Source of the DNA: Mobula hypostoma | Taxonomy: Eukaryota | Direction: 5' to 3' | Length of the DNA stretch: 64,000 bases | NCBI RefSeq assembly: GCF_963921235.1 | Contig: NC_086108.1 | Location: forward strand, 108,316,001-108,380,000 | Shown: positions 51,046 to 63,994 of the stretch, in pieces | Numbering within the stretch: the first letter of the stretch is position 1 | How the letters are laid out: every line of letters starts with the position of its first letter | Translations under genes and position numbers: made by a program | The notes under the pieces: generated by a model | What the model was told of the DNA's origin: nothing | Seen by the model: the letters and a program-made list of their open reading frames with translations, nothing else | The model's database searches: none

Positions 51046-51903
51046 TGTTACGTACCCCGTAACTGGGTTGCCAAACCAGCAGAAATGGATCACTCAGTTG
51101 GAGTCTGGAGTACTAGAACTAAGAAAGTTTTATTAAAGAAACAAGCAACACAGTAATCGAAAGGATAATAAATGCAACAGTTCAGTGATGATAAACACAC
51201 ATGTGCACAGCATTAAGATAACAGCATCAATCAAGCTCTATCGTTGTCTAGGAGTAAATGACCAATTTCAAAATGACTCAAAGTTCAGTCCAGTTAGTAG
51301 TTCAGTTCGCAGTAATCGTGGCCATGGCGATGGACAGGGTGGGGGAAGAGAGACAGAGAACAGGAACAACTCATCATTCAGCACAGCTTCACTCACAGAT
51401 CAGCGAGATTGCTCCCAAGCAACTTTTGGGCGGGTCCTTGGTGATGTCACCTGAGGTCACCGACTGTGACCCCTCCTCCAGATGCGGTCGATCCTCTGCA
51501 GTGAACCCGGCACCCAGGCAAGGGCGGACACACACCGGGTTCCCGCTGATCGTACCTTTCCACCCTTGTCGTTGTCTGGCACTTCTCACCCACTCGTGAG
51601 AGGCGCACCGCTTCCAGAGTCTCGTTACCTCGGGTGGCGTGTGTGTCGCCTTAGCGAACCTGTCCCTTTTTATCCCCCTGCTGGGGTATCGCCTGTCCAT
51701 CACTTCAAACAGTTCAGGGTTCAAAGGGGGGAGCCGCTCCAGACAGCTCTCTCTCCCACATCCCTTCATTACACATCTCCAGACGCTGCTCCATTGTTCC
51801 TTATCTCTCCTTCCCCTGAGGGCAGGTGGCAGACCAACTGCTGATGCCACTGATGCTAGCCCAGGCCAGCAAACATCTTAATTTTATGTGTATTCTCGTA
51901 ACA
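51046..51903 (-). repeat. 5' LTR
   Basis: TG...CA termini; immediately precedes the PBS on the minus strand. Confidence 0.95.
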
Positions 51904-52859
51904 CTGTGAAGACATAATATACAGTACTGTCCAAAAGTCTTGGGCACCCTAGCTATCTATATTTGTTTATGACTTTAGCACACACCTATATCTTCATAAG
52001 ACATGCCCTCTAATCAGGCAGCATCCTGGTAAATCTCCTCTGCATCAATGGTTCAACAATTCAATTGAATATCAATGAATGTATACAATATTCAACCTGA
52101 AATTCTTAATCTTCAAGGACATCCACAAAACAGAAGAAAAACCCGAAGGAATGAATGATAGAAATATGTTAGAACCCCAAAGCTCCTGCTCGCACCTCCC
52201 ACGCACAAGCAGCAGCAAAACTATCAGCCTTCTCTCTCCTCCCCCCCCGCCTCAGCAAAAGCATCAGCTCCCCCCACCACCCACCATGCAAGCAATCAAT
52301 CCTCTCTAAAACTCCTGCAGCCTTCCTCTAACAATTGGTAGCGTATTGGTTATTGCGATGTTATTACAGCTCAGTGTATCAGAGTTTAGCAAATTAAACT
52401 TTTCTGTATACAACAAATCTTAGTTTTGTGTGCCTTCCATACAGATCATTCCAAAGTTAAGAACTTTGATGTAGCACAGAATTAAAAGAGCAATAACAGA
52501 ATCCAAAATATACCACAGCAGCTACTGAGAAAGTGAAGTGCAGATAGAGATATAACATTGAAATGCCATGACATGGTAAATTGTGAGATCAAAAGTATAT
52601 CTTTATTGTTCAAGGCAACTGTCTAAGATTCTTACTAAAGCAGGATGAAGCTGCCTTCGAGCCTGGTGGTAGGTGTTTTCAAGCAGTCAATTAACCCAGC
52701 AACCTGAACATCTCTCAGATGTGGAAGAAAGCTAAAGCACTTGTGGCGAGCACACACATTCACAGAGAGGACATGAAAACTCCGCACAGACAGGACTCAA
52801 AGTCAGGATCAAACCGCGGGTCCCTGGAGCGGCGCTGCCACTGTTCATGTACGGATGTC

Positions 52860-53345
52860 AAGGACATTGAAAGCATTCTGTCCGGATGTATCACGACTTG
52901 GTATGGCAAGAGGCTGCAGAGAGTTGTGAACACAGCTCAGCACGTCACGATAACCAGCCTCCTCTCCATGGACGCTGTCCACACTTCTCACTGCCTCGGT
53001 AGAGCAGCCAACACAATGAAAGATGTGACCTACCCCAGACATTCTCTCTTCTCCCCTGTCCCATCCGGCAGAAGATACAAAAGCCTGAAGGCTCGTACCA
53101 CCAGGCTGAAACACAGCTTCTGCCACACTGTTAACAGACTCTTGAAGAGACCTCCTGTACAACAAGATTGAGTCTTGACCTCGCAATTTACCTTGTTATG
53201 ACCTTGAACTTCATCATTTACCTACACTGCACTTTCTCTGTAGCTGTTACACTTTATTCTGCATTATTATTGTTTTACCTCACTGCACTGTGTAATGATT
53301 TGATCTGTATAAACAGTTTTCAAGACAAGCTTTTCACTGTATTTT
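52860..53345 (+). mobile_element. Rex/L2-like LINE 3' fragment
   Basis: IESILSGCITTWYG...LQRVV...PSGRRYKSLKARTTRLKHSF. Many shorter relatives occur across the window. Confidence 0.75.
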
Positions 53346-54033
53346 GGAACACATGCCTGCATGTGTTTGTACAGGGAGTTTGTACATTCTCCCTGTGACC
53401 ACAAGGATTTCCTCCGGGTGCTCCGGTTTCCTCCCAAGGTTCTAAACCAGGGGTTCCCAACCTGGAGTCCGTGGAGCCTTCGGTTAATTGTAAGGCTCCA
53501 TGGCATAAAAAAGGTTGGGAACCCCCGGTCTAAGCACATAAAGATTTGGGTTAGTAAGTTGTGGACATGCTATGTTGACACTGGATGTGTGGACATACAC
53601 ACAGGCTGCCCCCAGGTACATCTTCAGACTATGTTTGTGGTTGATGCAAATGACGCATCTCATTGTATATTTTGATGTCTCATTGTATAGGTGACAAATA
53701 AAACTAATCTTTAAACTAAAGTAAATCAGTCAACCCACAAACCAGCTCTATCCCTCTGACAGAAACTTGAGAAATAATATTCTTTATGAACTCCAGCAAA
53801 AGAGGAAACAACCCATGGCAGGGGCATGTGAGTGAACATCTCCATAAGACCATAAGATATTGGAACAGAATTAGGCCATTTGGCCCATCAAGTCTGCTCC
53901 ATCATTCAATCATGGCTGATTTATTATCCTTCTCAACCCCATTCTCCTGCCTTTACCCCATAACCTTTGACACCTTTACTAATCAGGAACCAGTCAACCT
54001 CTACTTTAAATATCCCCAATGACTTGGCCTTCA

Positions 54034-54460
54034 CATAGTCATAGTCATACTTTATTGATCCCGGGGGAAATTGGTTTTCGTTACAGTTGCTCCATAAATA
54101 ATAAATAGTAATAAAACCATAAATAATTATAGTAATATGTAAATTATGCCAGGAAATAAGTCCAGGACCAGCCTATTGGCTCAGGGTGTCTGACCCTCCA
54201 AGGGAGTAGTTGTAAAGTTTAATGGCCACAGGCAGGAATGACTTCCTATGACGCTCTGTGCTGCATCTCGGTGGAATGAGTCTCTGGCTGAATGTACTCC
54301 TGTGCCCACCCAGTACATTATGTAGTGGGTGGGAGACATTGTCCAAGATGGCATGCAACTTACACAGCATCCTCTTTTCAGACACCACAGTGAGAGAGTC
54401 CAGTTCCATCCCCACAACATCACTAGCCTTGCAAATGAGTTTGTTGATTCTGTTGGTGTC
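54034..54460 (-). mobile_element. Rex1/Babar-like LINE 3' fragment nested in a CR1 tail (related copy ~22600-22820, +)
   Basis: KLHAILDNVSHPLH...PRCSTERHRKSFLPVAIKLYN; (atgact)n tail. Confidence 0.78.
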
Positions 54461-56476
54461 TCAAGCAGAATGCCTTCTGCAGATTCACCACCCTGTGGCT
54501 GAAGAAATTCCTCCTCATCTCTGTTCCAAAGACTGCTCTGTGACATAGTGGTAATGCCATATGTATCTGCCTGTCTTGAGTTCTCAGTGCTCTGGTCCTA
54601 CTAGTCATCAGAGCTAGATCTCATGGCCACTAGAAAGAGCCATCTCTACAGAGTGGAGCGCCAATGTCATAGTTCAAGGTGGGGCAGGAGCGAGGTGGAA
54701 AGGTTGCATGATCAGAGACTCCTGACCCCTCCTCTTTTGGTAGTTGCCTCGCCCCCACGGCTATGTAACACCCATGGGGAGAGTTCCTAAAAGCTGTAGG
54801 CTTCTTCATGGAGTCCACGTCAGGCTGGAGGCTTGGAGGCAGCGCGTCCTGTGTGAGTGTGTGCGCGTGACCAGGTGGGTGGTAAGGAGGAAAGGGTCTC
54901 TTTGCTTGCCATTGTTGTTTGTTGTGCTCTGTTGGTGTTGCTTGCGCTGTTCTCTGAACGTTATCAGCATGCTATTTTGGTGCTGTAAAGTGTGGGCTGC
55001 CCCCAGCAGGGTGTGTAGCTTGGAATTATGCATGCAGTGGGGAAAATTATTCCTGTTGTGTTACTAGAGGTTGTGTCAGTTTCTCTCGACTCTACCGCCT
55101 TGATCTGGCTCACGCCTTCATTAACACGGTCCAACACAACTGGCCTTTATTAACCTGGTGTGTGCTGGAACACATTGACAGTGATGTAACCTGTGGTTAT
55201 CGGATGTTTTGGGTCGTTCAACATCAGACACCCCGCCCAGGCAACTCGGCCACGTTGAACGGGCCCCGGTTTGAATCTTTCCTGCGGGCCAAGATAATGA
55301 AAAGCGTGTCACTTATGGTTAGGATGTAAGTCAGAGTTTGATGGTCAGTGTGGCTCGAAGGGCCGGAAGGGAACTAACTGTATTTCAATAAATAAATCGA
55401 TAGATAGACATATTCCACTGTGTGTTTGATGTACATGTGTTACATAAATCCGAACATGACACCGTTCATCCAGCTGTGATCCTTTCAGCCAGCTGCCTTT
55501 GCAATACTGCAGCACAGCAATCAGAATGGCTTTTTTCACAGTTGAGGAGACCCAACTGTCACCAAAGGCTCTCGCAAATTTCTACAAAGCGTACCGTGTT
55601 GAGCATTCTGACTGATTGCTTCGCCATCTGGTACGGAGGCATCAATGCCCAGGATCGGGAAAAAGGGGCTCAGCCGCAGTGTAGCGGTTAGTGTGACACT
55701 AGTACTGCTCCCGGCGTTCTGCAGCCCGAGTTCAATTCCAGCGCCCTTCTGTCAGGAGTCTCTGAACATCCTCTCTGTGGAGTGTGCGGGTTTCCCCCAG
55801 GTCCTCCCACAGTCCAAAGACATACCGGGCAGTTTAATTGGTCATGGTAAGCTGTCCCGTGATTAGGTTAGGGTTAATCGGGTTAGTGGGGCGGTGCAGA
55901 GTGAAGGGCCGGAAGGGCCTACTCTGCACTGTATCGCTAAATAAAATAATAAATAAAATACGGGGGATTGTAGGCCTAGCTGGCTGCCTCATGGGTAGTG
56001 GTGTTGAAAAGTCTGAGCCTCAAGAAGGTAGCATCCATCATTAAGGACTCTCACCATCCTGGACATACCCTCTATTCGTTACTACCATCAGGGAGGAGGT
56101 ACAGGAGGCACAGGAGCCCGGAATACAAGGGCTGCCCCGGCACACCCTCCGAGTATTGGTTGGTAACGCAAACGACACATTTCACTGTTTGTTTCGATGT
56201 ACTCGTGATGAATAAACTTGAACCATGAATCTTGAGACACAGCTTCTTCCCCTCTGCCATCTGATCTCTCAACGGGCATTGAACCCACAAACACTACTTC
56301 ACTTTTTGGTCCTTTTCCGCACTATTTAATAATACTTATTATTGTAACTTATAGTATTTTTTACACTGCACTGCTGCTATAAAACAACAACTTTCACTAA
56401 GTATGTCAGTGAAAATAAAGCTGATTCAGATTCTGAGCAAGTCTTGACCTTCTCTCTTGCCTCTTCCTCCTTCCAG

Positions 56477-56650
56477 CCTGATAACTACTTCAATGCAAAC
56501 TGCTCATTCTGGAGCTACTCGGAACGAACGATGATGGGGTTTTGGTCCACTCAGGGCTGTAAGCTGATCGACACCAACAGGACCCACACAAAGTGCGAAT
56601 GCAGGCACCTGACCAATTTTGCCATCATCATGGCCCACAAGGAGATTGAG
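56477..56650 (+). CDS. ADGRL2: ADGRL2-like exon with GPS autoproteolysis site and tethered agonist
   Basis: ttccAG|cct...gag|GTgagc; 174 bp. [58 protein letters not shown]. The H-L/T cleavage triad is at 56606-56614. Confidence 0.96.
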
Positions 56651-57555
56651 GTGAGCTGCTGGTAGACTCTCGGGCTCATTCTGTGCACTGAAGCATAGTA
56701 GGGGGTGAGACAGAGCATAGTACATAAACGCTACAGTACAGGCCTTTTGGCCCACAATGTTGTGCTGACTTTTTAGTCTACAGGAGGCATGCCACAGTGG
56801 CTTAGCAGTCAGAGACACACTATTACAGCTCAGGGAATTTGGAGCTTCACATTCTCCCTGTGACCACACGTGGGTTTCCTCCAGGTGCTCCAGTTTCTTC
56901 CCACAGTCTAAAGACGTATCGGTTAGTAGGTTAATTGGTCATTGTGAATTGTCCTGTGATTAGGCTCAGGTCAAATAGGTGGGTTGCTGGGTGGAGTGGC
57001 CTGTTCGGCCAGAAGAGCCTGTTCCATACTGTATCTCTAAATATAGTTGTAAAAAGTCAACAGGTATAAATAAGCTTTTTCCACTGAGGTTGGGTGAGAC
57101 TACAGCTAGAGTTCATGGGTTAAAGGTGAAACGTTTAAGGGGAAACTTCTTCATTCGGTGAGTCATGAGAGTCTGGTACAAGCCGCCAGCACAAGTGGTG
57201 GGTGCGATTTCAATTTCAATGTTTAATAGAAGTTTAGATAGATACGTGGATGGGAGGGATATGGAAGGCTACAGTCCCAGTGAAAGTCAGTGGGACTAGG
57301 CAGTTTAAATGATCTAGCGTGGAATAGATGGACCCATTGGCTGGTTTTTGTACTGTAATATACTATGACTCTATCTATGATATTCTAAATTGATAAATTG
57401 CTTTATTATTGTTATGTAAAAGAGGAGAAGGCATGGCACCCTATACAAAATACTCCAAGCTTAGTCTTATCAAGAATCTTGAACTTCAGCTGACTTCTCT
57501 TTCTGCTTCTGGGGGTGGGCACAGTAGCGTGGCAGTTAGCATAACGCTATCACAG

Positions 57556-58166
57556 CAGACATCCCACCTCTCCCGGAAGTTCCGGGAGTCTCCCACATAT
57601 GAACCGTGGCTCCCTGATGCCCGCAAACTATATACAATATCATGGAAATCAATTTTTTTGAGAGCGAGCGAGAGAAAGCAAGAGAGACCGCACGCGAGAG
57701 AGAAAGCATGCGACAGTGCACGAACGAGAGAGCGCGGGAGAGCAAGAGAGAAAGCAAGCGAGAGCGCGAGAGAGCAAGAGAGAAAGCAAGCAAGAGTGCG
57801 CGAGTGACCACGAGAGAGAGAGAGCGCCATGGCAGTGTTCCAAAAAAAATATAAAACTTACATCACCCCAGACTACACTAAAGTGTACCCCTGCCTAATA
57901 GGGGTCAAAAATAATGACAGTGTTGCTCGCTGCACTGTTTGCAACAGTGACTTTTCTATTGCCCGTGGTGGGTTAAGACTGTAAAAGACGTGTTGAGGTG
58001 AGTTTAACAGGTTTCATTCGTTCATTAGCATAACTAACGTTATTTAAACTAGCTGGTTAGCTGCTAAGGAGCTACTCTATTGCAGACATCCCACCTCTCC
58101 AGGAAGTCTCCCGCAAATTGATGGTGCTACCTCCCTGAAATGATTTTTCGCAGGGTGGGATGTCTG
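57556..58166. mobile_element. Second, inverted copy of the 6-bp-TSD DNA transposon, inserted in a SINE
   Basis: TIR cagacatcccacc / ggtgggatgtctg; flanks tcacag / ttatag; internal GA/GC-rich minisatellite expanded. Confidence 0.85.
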
Positions 58167-58480
58167 TTATAGTACCAGCGAGATGGGTTCAATTCCCACT
58201 GCTCTCTGTAAGGAGATTGTACTTTCGGCCCTTTACCACGCGAGTGTTTTCCAGATGCTCTTATTTCCTCCCACATTCCAAAGATGTAGGAGTTAGTAGA
58301 TTTACGGGCCACATGGGTGGAATTGGACAGTGTGGGCTTATTGGACTGGAAGGGCCTGTTACCATGTTGTATCTCTGAATATAAAAGTAATAAAAATACA
58401 AAACAGTGGGTTGCCATTGTGTGGGCGAGCCGTTACCTGTAAGGATGCACTATTTGTACATGTTCATTCTTTGCCTGCAG

Positions 58481-58690
58481 TTCACCAACGAAATGCATGA
58501 ACTAATCCTCTCCATGATCACCTGGGTGGGAATCATCATCTCCCTCGTCTGCCTGGGCATTTGCATCTTCACCTTCTGCTTCTTCCGAGGCCTCCAAAGC
58601 GACCGGAACACCATCCACAAGAACCTGTGCATCAACCTGTTTGTCGCGGAATTCATCTTCCTGGTGGGCGTCAATAAGGTGAACTACCAG
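58481..58690 (+). CDS. ADGRL2: ADGRL2-like exon, TM1-ICL1-TM2 of the 7TM domain
   Basis: tgcAG|ttc...cag|GTatgg; 210 bp. [70 protein letters not shown]. Confidence 0.96.
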
Positions 58691-59049
58691 GTATGGGTCT
58701 AGCCTGGTGATGCGGCAACACTCAGAAAATGACGGAAGAGCTCAGCAGGTCAGGCAGCAGCAGCGGTGGGGTGCTACGGTGGCATAGTGGTTGCTAGGGT
58801 GACGCTATTACAGCTTGGGACATCGGAGTTCAGAGTTCAATTCTGGAAGGAGTTCGTACGTTCTCCTTATGATCACATGGATTTCCTCTGGGTGCTCTGG
58901 TTTAGAACACTATAGCACACGAACAGGCCCTTCAGCTTATAATGCTGTGCCAAATTAATAATCAAATGGCCAACTACACAAATCCCTTCTGCCTACACAA
59001 TGTCCATATCCTTCCATTTTACTCACATTCATGTGCCTATCTGAACGTC

Positions 59050-59420
59050 TCTTAAAAGTCTCTAAGCTATCTGCCTCTACCATAGTACCAGGCAACACAT
59101 TCCTGGTACTTACCACTCTCTATGTAAAAAAATTTGCCTCTCACAACTCCTTTGAAATTACCCCCCTCGCCTTAAATGTATGACCTCTGGTATTAGAGAT
59201 TTTGACCCTGGGGAAAAGATACTGTCTGGCTACTCTATCTATGCCTCTCATAATCACATAAACTTCGATCAGATCTCTCCTCAGCCTCCGCCGTCCCAGA
59301 GAAAACAACCCAAGTTTGTCCAACCTCTCATTATAGCACAAGACCTCTAATCCAAGCAGCATCCTGGTAAACTTCTGCACCTTCTCCAAAGCCTCAATTT
59401 CCTTCCTATAATGGGGTATC
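59050..59420 (-). mobile_element. CR1 3' fragment (representative of many others, e.g. 37020-37487, 37490-37965, 44510-45190)
   Basis: LGLFSLGRRRLRRDLIEVYVIMRG...TRGHTFK. Confidence 0.82.
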
Positions 59421-62400
59421 TAAACTAATCTCTTCTGCCTACACAATGTTCATATCTTTCCATTTTCCTCACATTCATGTGCCTATCTACAGTGAATGCT
59501 TCTTAAACGTCCCTAATGTAGCTGCCTCTGGTTTTCTCCCACAAAGAGATACCGGGGTTGGTAGGTTAATTGGTCATTGTAATTGTCCTGTGATTAGGCC
59601 AGGTTAAATAGGTGGCTTGCTGGGCGATGTGGCTTGTTTAGCTGGAAAGGCCTGTTCTGCATTTTGTTCCTAAATGAAAAAATGAAAACTATGGAGAAGA
59701 AACGAATAGACGGCGTTTCAGGCCGAATGAAGGGTCTCAAGCCAAGAAGTTGACTGTTTATTCCCCTATGTAGATGCTGCTTGACCTGCTGGGTTCCTCC
59801 AGCAGTTTGTGTGTGTAACTTGATAAAAAAACAATAACTTGGAACCATTTTATGCAGACTGATATAATTGTTCAGATTAAATTTTACCAGCTGAACAACA
59901 ATGCTTCAAGGACAATTGTGGATAAAATACTTGTTTATTCCCTGCTCTGACCTTTTACTCCTTCTCACCTATTTCCTTCCCTTTCTCCTATGATCCACTC
60001 TCCTCTCCTATCAGATTCTTTCTTCTCCAGCCCTTGACCTTTCCAACCCGCCTTGCTTCACCTATCACCTTTTAGCTATCCTCCTTTCCCTCTCCCCGCC
60101 TTTTTTTTCTGGTGTCTTCCCCTTTCCTTTCCAGTTCTGAAAAATGGTCTTGATCTGAAATGTCAACTGTTTATTCATCTCCATAGATGCTGCCTGACCT
60201 GCCGAGTTCCTCCAGCATTTTGCTTTGGATCTCCAGCATCGGCAGATTTTCTCGTGTTTGTTGTTCATACAATTACCTGGGAACCAATGGCAAACACTTA
60301 ATCACTAGCATCTATCAAAGGTAACAGATACATACCATGCTGGAGGAACTGAGCAGGACAGGCAGTGTCAATGGAGATGAATAAACAGTTGATGTTTTGG
60401 GCCAAGGCCCTTCATCAGGACTGGAAAGGAAGGGAGAAGGTGCCAGAATAAAACGGTTGGAGCTGGCAAGTGATAAGTGAGACCAAGTGAGGGGGAAGGT
60501 TGGTGGATGGGAAGAAGCTGGGGGGGTGGTGTGGGGGTGAAGTAAGAAGCTGAGAGGGGATAGGTGGAAGATGTAAAGGGCTGAAGGAGGTGGAATCTGA
60601 TAGGAGAAGGCTGTGGACTGTGGGAGGAAGGGAAGGAGGTGGGGGACTAGAGGGAGATGGATGGCTGGTCATGAAGGTGGGGAAGCAATAGGAAAGGTGT
60701 GAGAGGAAAATAAAGTGGGGGAGCGGCGGAACAGAGGGTAGTGGTTACTGGTGAGTGATTACCTCACTGTGAAATGAATGTGAATTTCTACACAAAAACT
60801 TGGGTGTGGCCTATTTAACCTGTTAATGCTTGTGATCTTAAGTTCAGGCCTTGCTTAGCAACAGCCAATTTGTCATGTTGAGCAAGCAAAGATGGCAAGG
60901 TCAGCAATCAAGATTGCTCGTAGGAGACGAGTGCATGGAGTATTTGAAGCAAACTGCAGACTTGATTGTTCTGTAAGGTTTAGAGTCTACAGCAAAGGAG
61001 TATGCCATTCAGGTGAATGGCTCCGGGTCCATGGTTTACATGTCACACAGGCCTCACACCTGACCCTGTCTTCCCAATATGATCCTACTCTTCACTGTCT
61101 TGGCTGAATGTCAAAGCTCCCAGAGCATGATTTTCAGAGAAGGGGAGCCATCCACTGTGCCACGAATGACAAGTGTCTCTCAGCAGAGTTGTTCAACTAT
61201 TTTTTACTTAGAGTGTGTGAACCTCCTGTCCATGTTTCTCAAATCACAAGAAGAGACTGCCCCTTGAAAAATCCTTCCCTAGCTCTAAAATGTTGTGGGA
61301 TATATAGGGGTTTCCAATCTGCGGTCCATGGGACTCTCGGATAATGATAGGGGTCCATGTTATTAAAAAGGTCGGGAACCCCTTGTCTTAGACCATAAGA
61401 CGTAGGAACAGAATTAGGCCTTTCAGCCCATTGAGTCTCTTCTGCCATTCCATCATAGCTGGTTTATTATCCCCTCAGCTCCATTCTCCTCCCTTTTTCC
61501 CATAATCTTTGATGCCCTGCCTTTGTTGTCCTTCTCTCAATAACCTTACTAATCAAGAACCTATCAAATTTACCCAATGACTGGGCCTCCACAGTGAATC
61601 CTACAAACTCACCACCCTCTGACTAAAGAAATTCCTCCTCACACCTTAAAAAACTGAAAGTTGCCAAATAAATGCAAGTTCTTGAGTTAACACTTTAAAT
61701 GCTGGAGGAGCTCAGCATTGTGTGTGTTGCTCCGGATTATCAGCATCTGCAGAATCTCTTGCATTCATGAAATGCAAGTTCTTGCTTTTCTTCCCCTCTA
61801 CTTGTTTTCTCTATTCACATCTACTTTCGCTGTTGTCAATCCTACTTTTCATCTGACATTTTTCTCATTCCTTCATCCTCCCTCTCTCACTTGCTCTCTC
61901 TCACTCTCTTTTGTTCCTTCTTTCTCACTTTTCCCCTCTCTCCTGAGTTCCAAGTTCTGAATGGTGTGGTCCTTGTCTTTGGTACCAGTGAGGATCAGGA
62001 CCTTCAACCACCCAACTCCCAAACTAGTGGAGCTGAAAGCATCAAGACCTTTGACCATCAGGTTCTCCAGGTCACTGAGGCACACAAGCCTCCAAACCAC
62101 AATGATGTTGTGGTCTTCTTAGAGGTTAGGGTAGTATATGGTGACATATATGTACTGTGATAATAAAACTACTTTGAACTTTCATTTACATTTAAGTTAA
62201 TTTGAATCGAAAAGGCCACCAGGAATCTGCTTTAAAGCGGACACTAAAAATGATGGAGTTTTTTTTTTCTGTCTGGTAACCCATCAAATCCTTTATAATT
62301 AGTATCCATTTGTTTATCCAATCGCCCACCTCATCTCATCAAATATTGTTGCTTCTAAGGAAGGTCAGGTAGATTAGATGCATTTGTGATTGGTACTGTG

Positions 62401-63313
62401 AATTTGTTAATGTAATTACATAGAAAGATGATGAATTATTTAACAATTGCAAAATTTGAATTTGGGCCTGCAGTGATTAGTCGTCTATATAAATGTCACT
62501 GGTTATTTGAACAATGGACATAATTGTTTTCATTCTTTAAGAGAAGAGTGGTCAACTGATAATAATCGTTTCTAGTTTTGCTTTATGAGTTACAGAGAGA
62601 GACAATGCTTTTATGGTTGGTGAAATTACTTGTCATTCTCACCCGTTCACGAGCAACTTTTATGTGTGAATGGGTATTTTGCCACTTTCATTATGTAGGC
62701 CTGATCTAAGTGGCCAATTAGCCATTAGAAGCTCATTGTGTCTGCCAGCCAAGGAGTTCCAAGATGTGGGTTGTGATGAGGTGCAGGATGTAGAACAGAA
62801 CAGTTTAGCATGATTTAGGCCCTTTGGACATCAAAGTTGTGCCGACCTTTTAACCTACTCCTTGGTTAATCTAACCCTTCCTTTGCACGTTGCCCTCTAT
62901 TTCTCAGTCATCCATGTGTCCATCGTAAGTCCTTAATGTATCTGCCTCTACCACCACTGCTGGCCGTGCATTCCAGGCATCTGTGTAAAAAAAACTTCCT
63001 CTGACTGAATGTTCCTCCAATCACCTTAACATTATATACACAGATTCTATAGATCCTTGAAACCTGAGCAGTACCTCAAAAAGACAGTGTCCATTATCAA
63101 GGAGCCCCTTCAGCCATTGTTACCGTCAGGGAGGAGGTACAGAAGCCTGAAGGCACATACTCAGTGGTTCAGGAACAGCTTCTTCCCCTCTGCCATACGA
63201 TTCCTAAATGGACATTGAACCCATGAACTCAATTTATTTTTATATTATTTCAGTTTTTGGACTATTTTTAATCTATTTAATATACACACACACATATATA
63301 TACTGTAATTGAT

Positions 63314-63994
63314 TGTAGTCCCCTGGTAAGCCTCAGGCTCGGTGAACTCGCTGTCTAGGCCTTCAGCCCCGCCAAACTAGGTAATTAAAGTTTGTGTGGA
63401 TGCTGTGTGATTGTACCCCACCCCGCCAAATAACAGACAAAACACCATATACGATTAATTGATTACAATTTATAGATATTACTGGAACTATATAATTAAT
63501 AGAGATAAAATATAAAAGGAAAATCAAAGGCACCAAACTTATCAAGTTCCATCTCTTCGTGCACAAACAGTTGGAACTCTAGTAACGATCGTCTCTTCAC
63601 CATTTGATCCCCCCTGACCATTTCAACCCGCCGCCTGGGACCAATCACGGTGGTCGACCAGATGTTCCACACGAGTCTGTCTCCGTCTCCTCTCCTCGCC
63701 GAACACCCTGGACCTCGGACTCCTGCTCAGGGTCCGACCCCGTTAGCCAGCTCACAGCACCGCGTCCACACTCTCTCTCTCCCCATCGTGCCTTCTGCCC
63801 CAAAAACCCGTGCATCACAATAGCTAACAGACACACAAGAAAGAATAACATCTATCCCAATTGGTTGGTTCGCTCTCTTATCAACAATGTAACCCAAACA
63901 AGCTGCTAGCGAGAGAACTTTCTCAGCAGTTAACATAACAAAGAAGCCATTTTATTTAGCCTACGCAGTAACACAAAAGAAGAAACCCCTTACA
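63314..63994. mobile_element. Probable solo LTR
   Basis: TGTA...TACA termini; gatt on both flanks (the left copy overlaps the first T); interrupts a LINE tail; no internal coding region. Confidence 0.6.

Larger units (their letters stand above)
47139..51903 (-). mobile_element. Ty3/Gypsy LTR retrotransposon, Gmr1-like, non-autonomous, 4765 bp
   Basis: Two 858-bp LTRs with TGTTACG...CGTAACA ends, 4-bp TSD CTGT (47135-47138 / 51904-51907), PBS, PPT and a single ORF. Confidence 0.95.
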
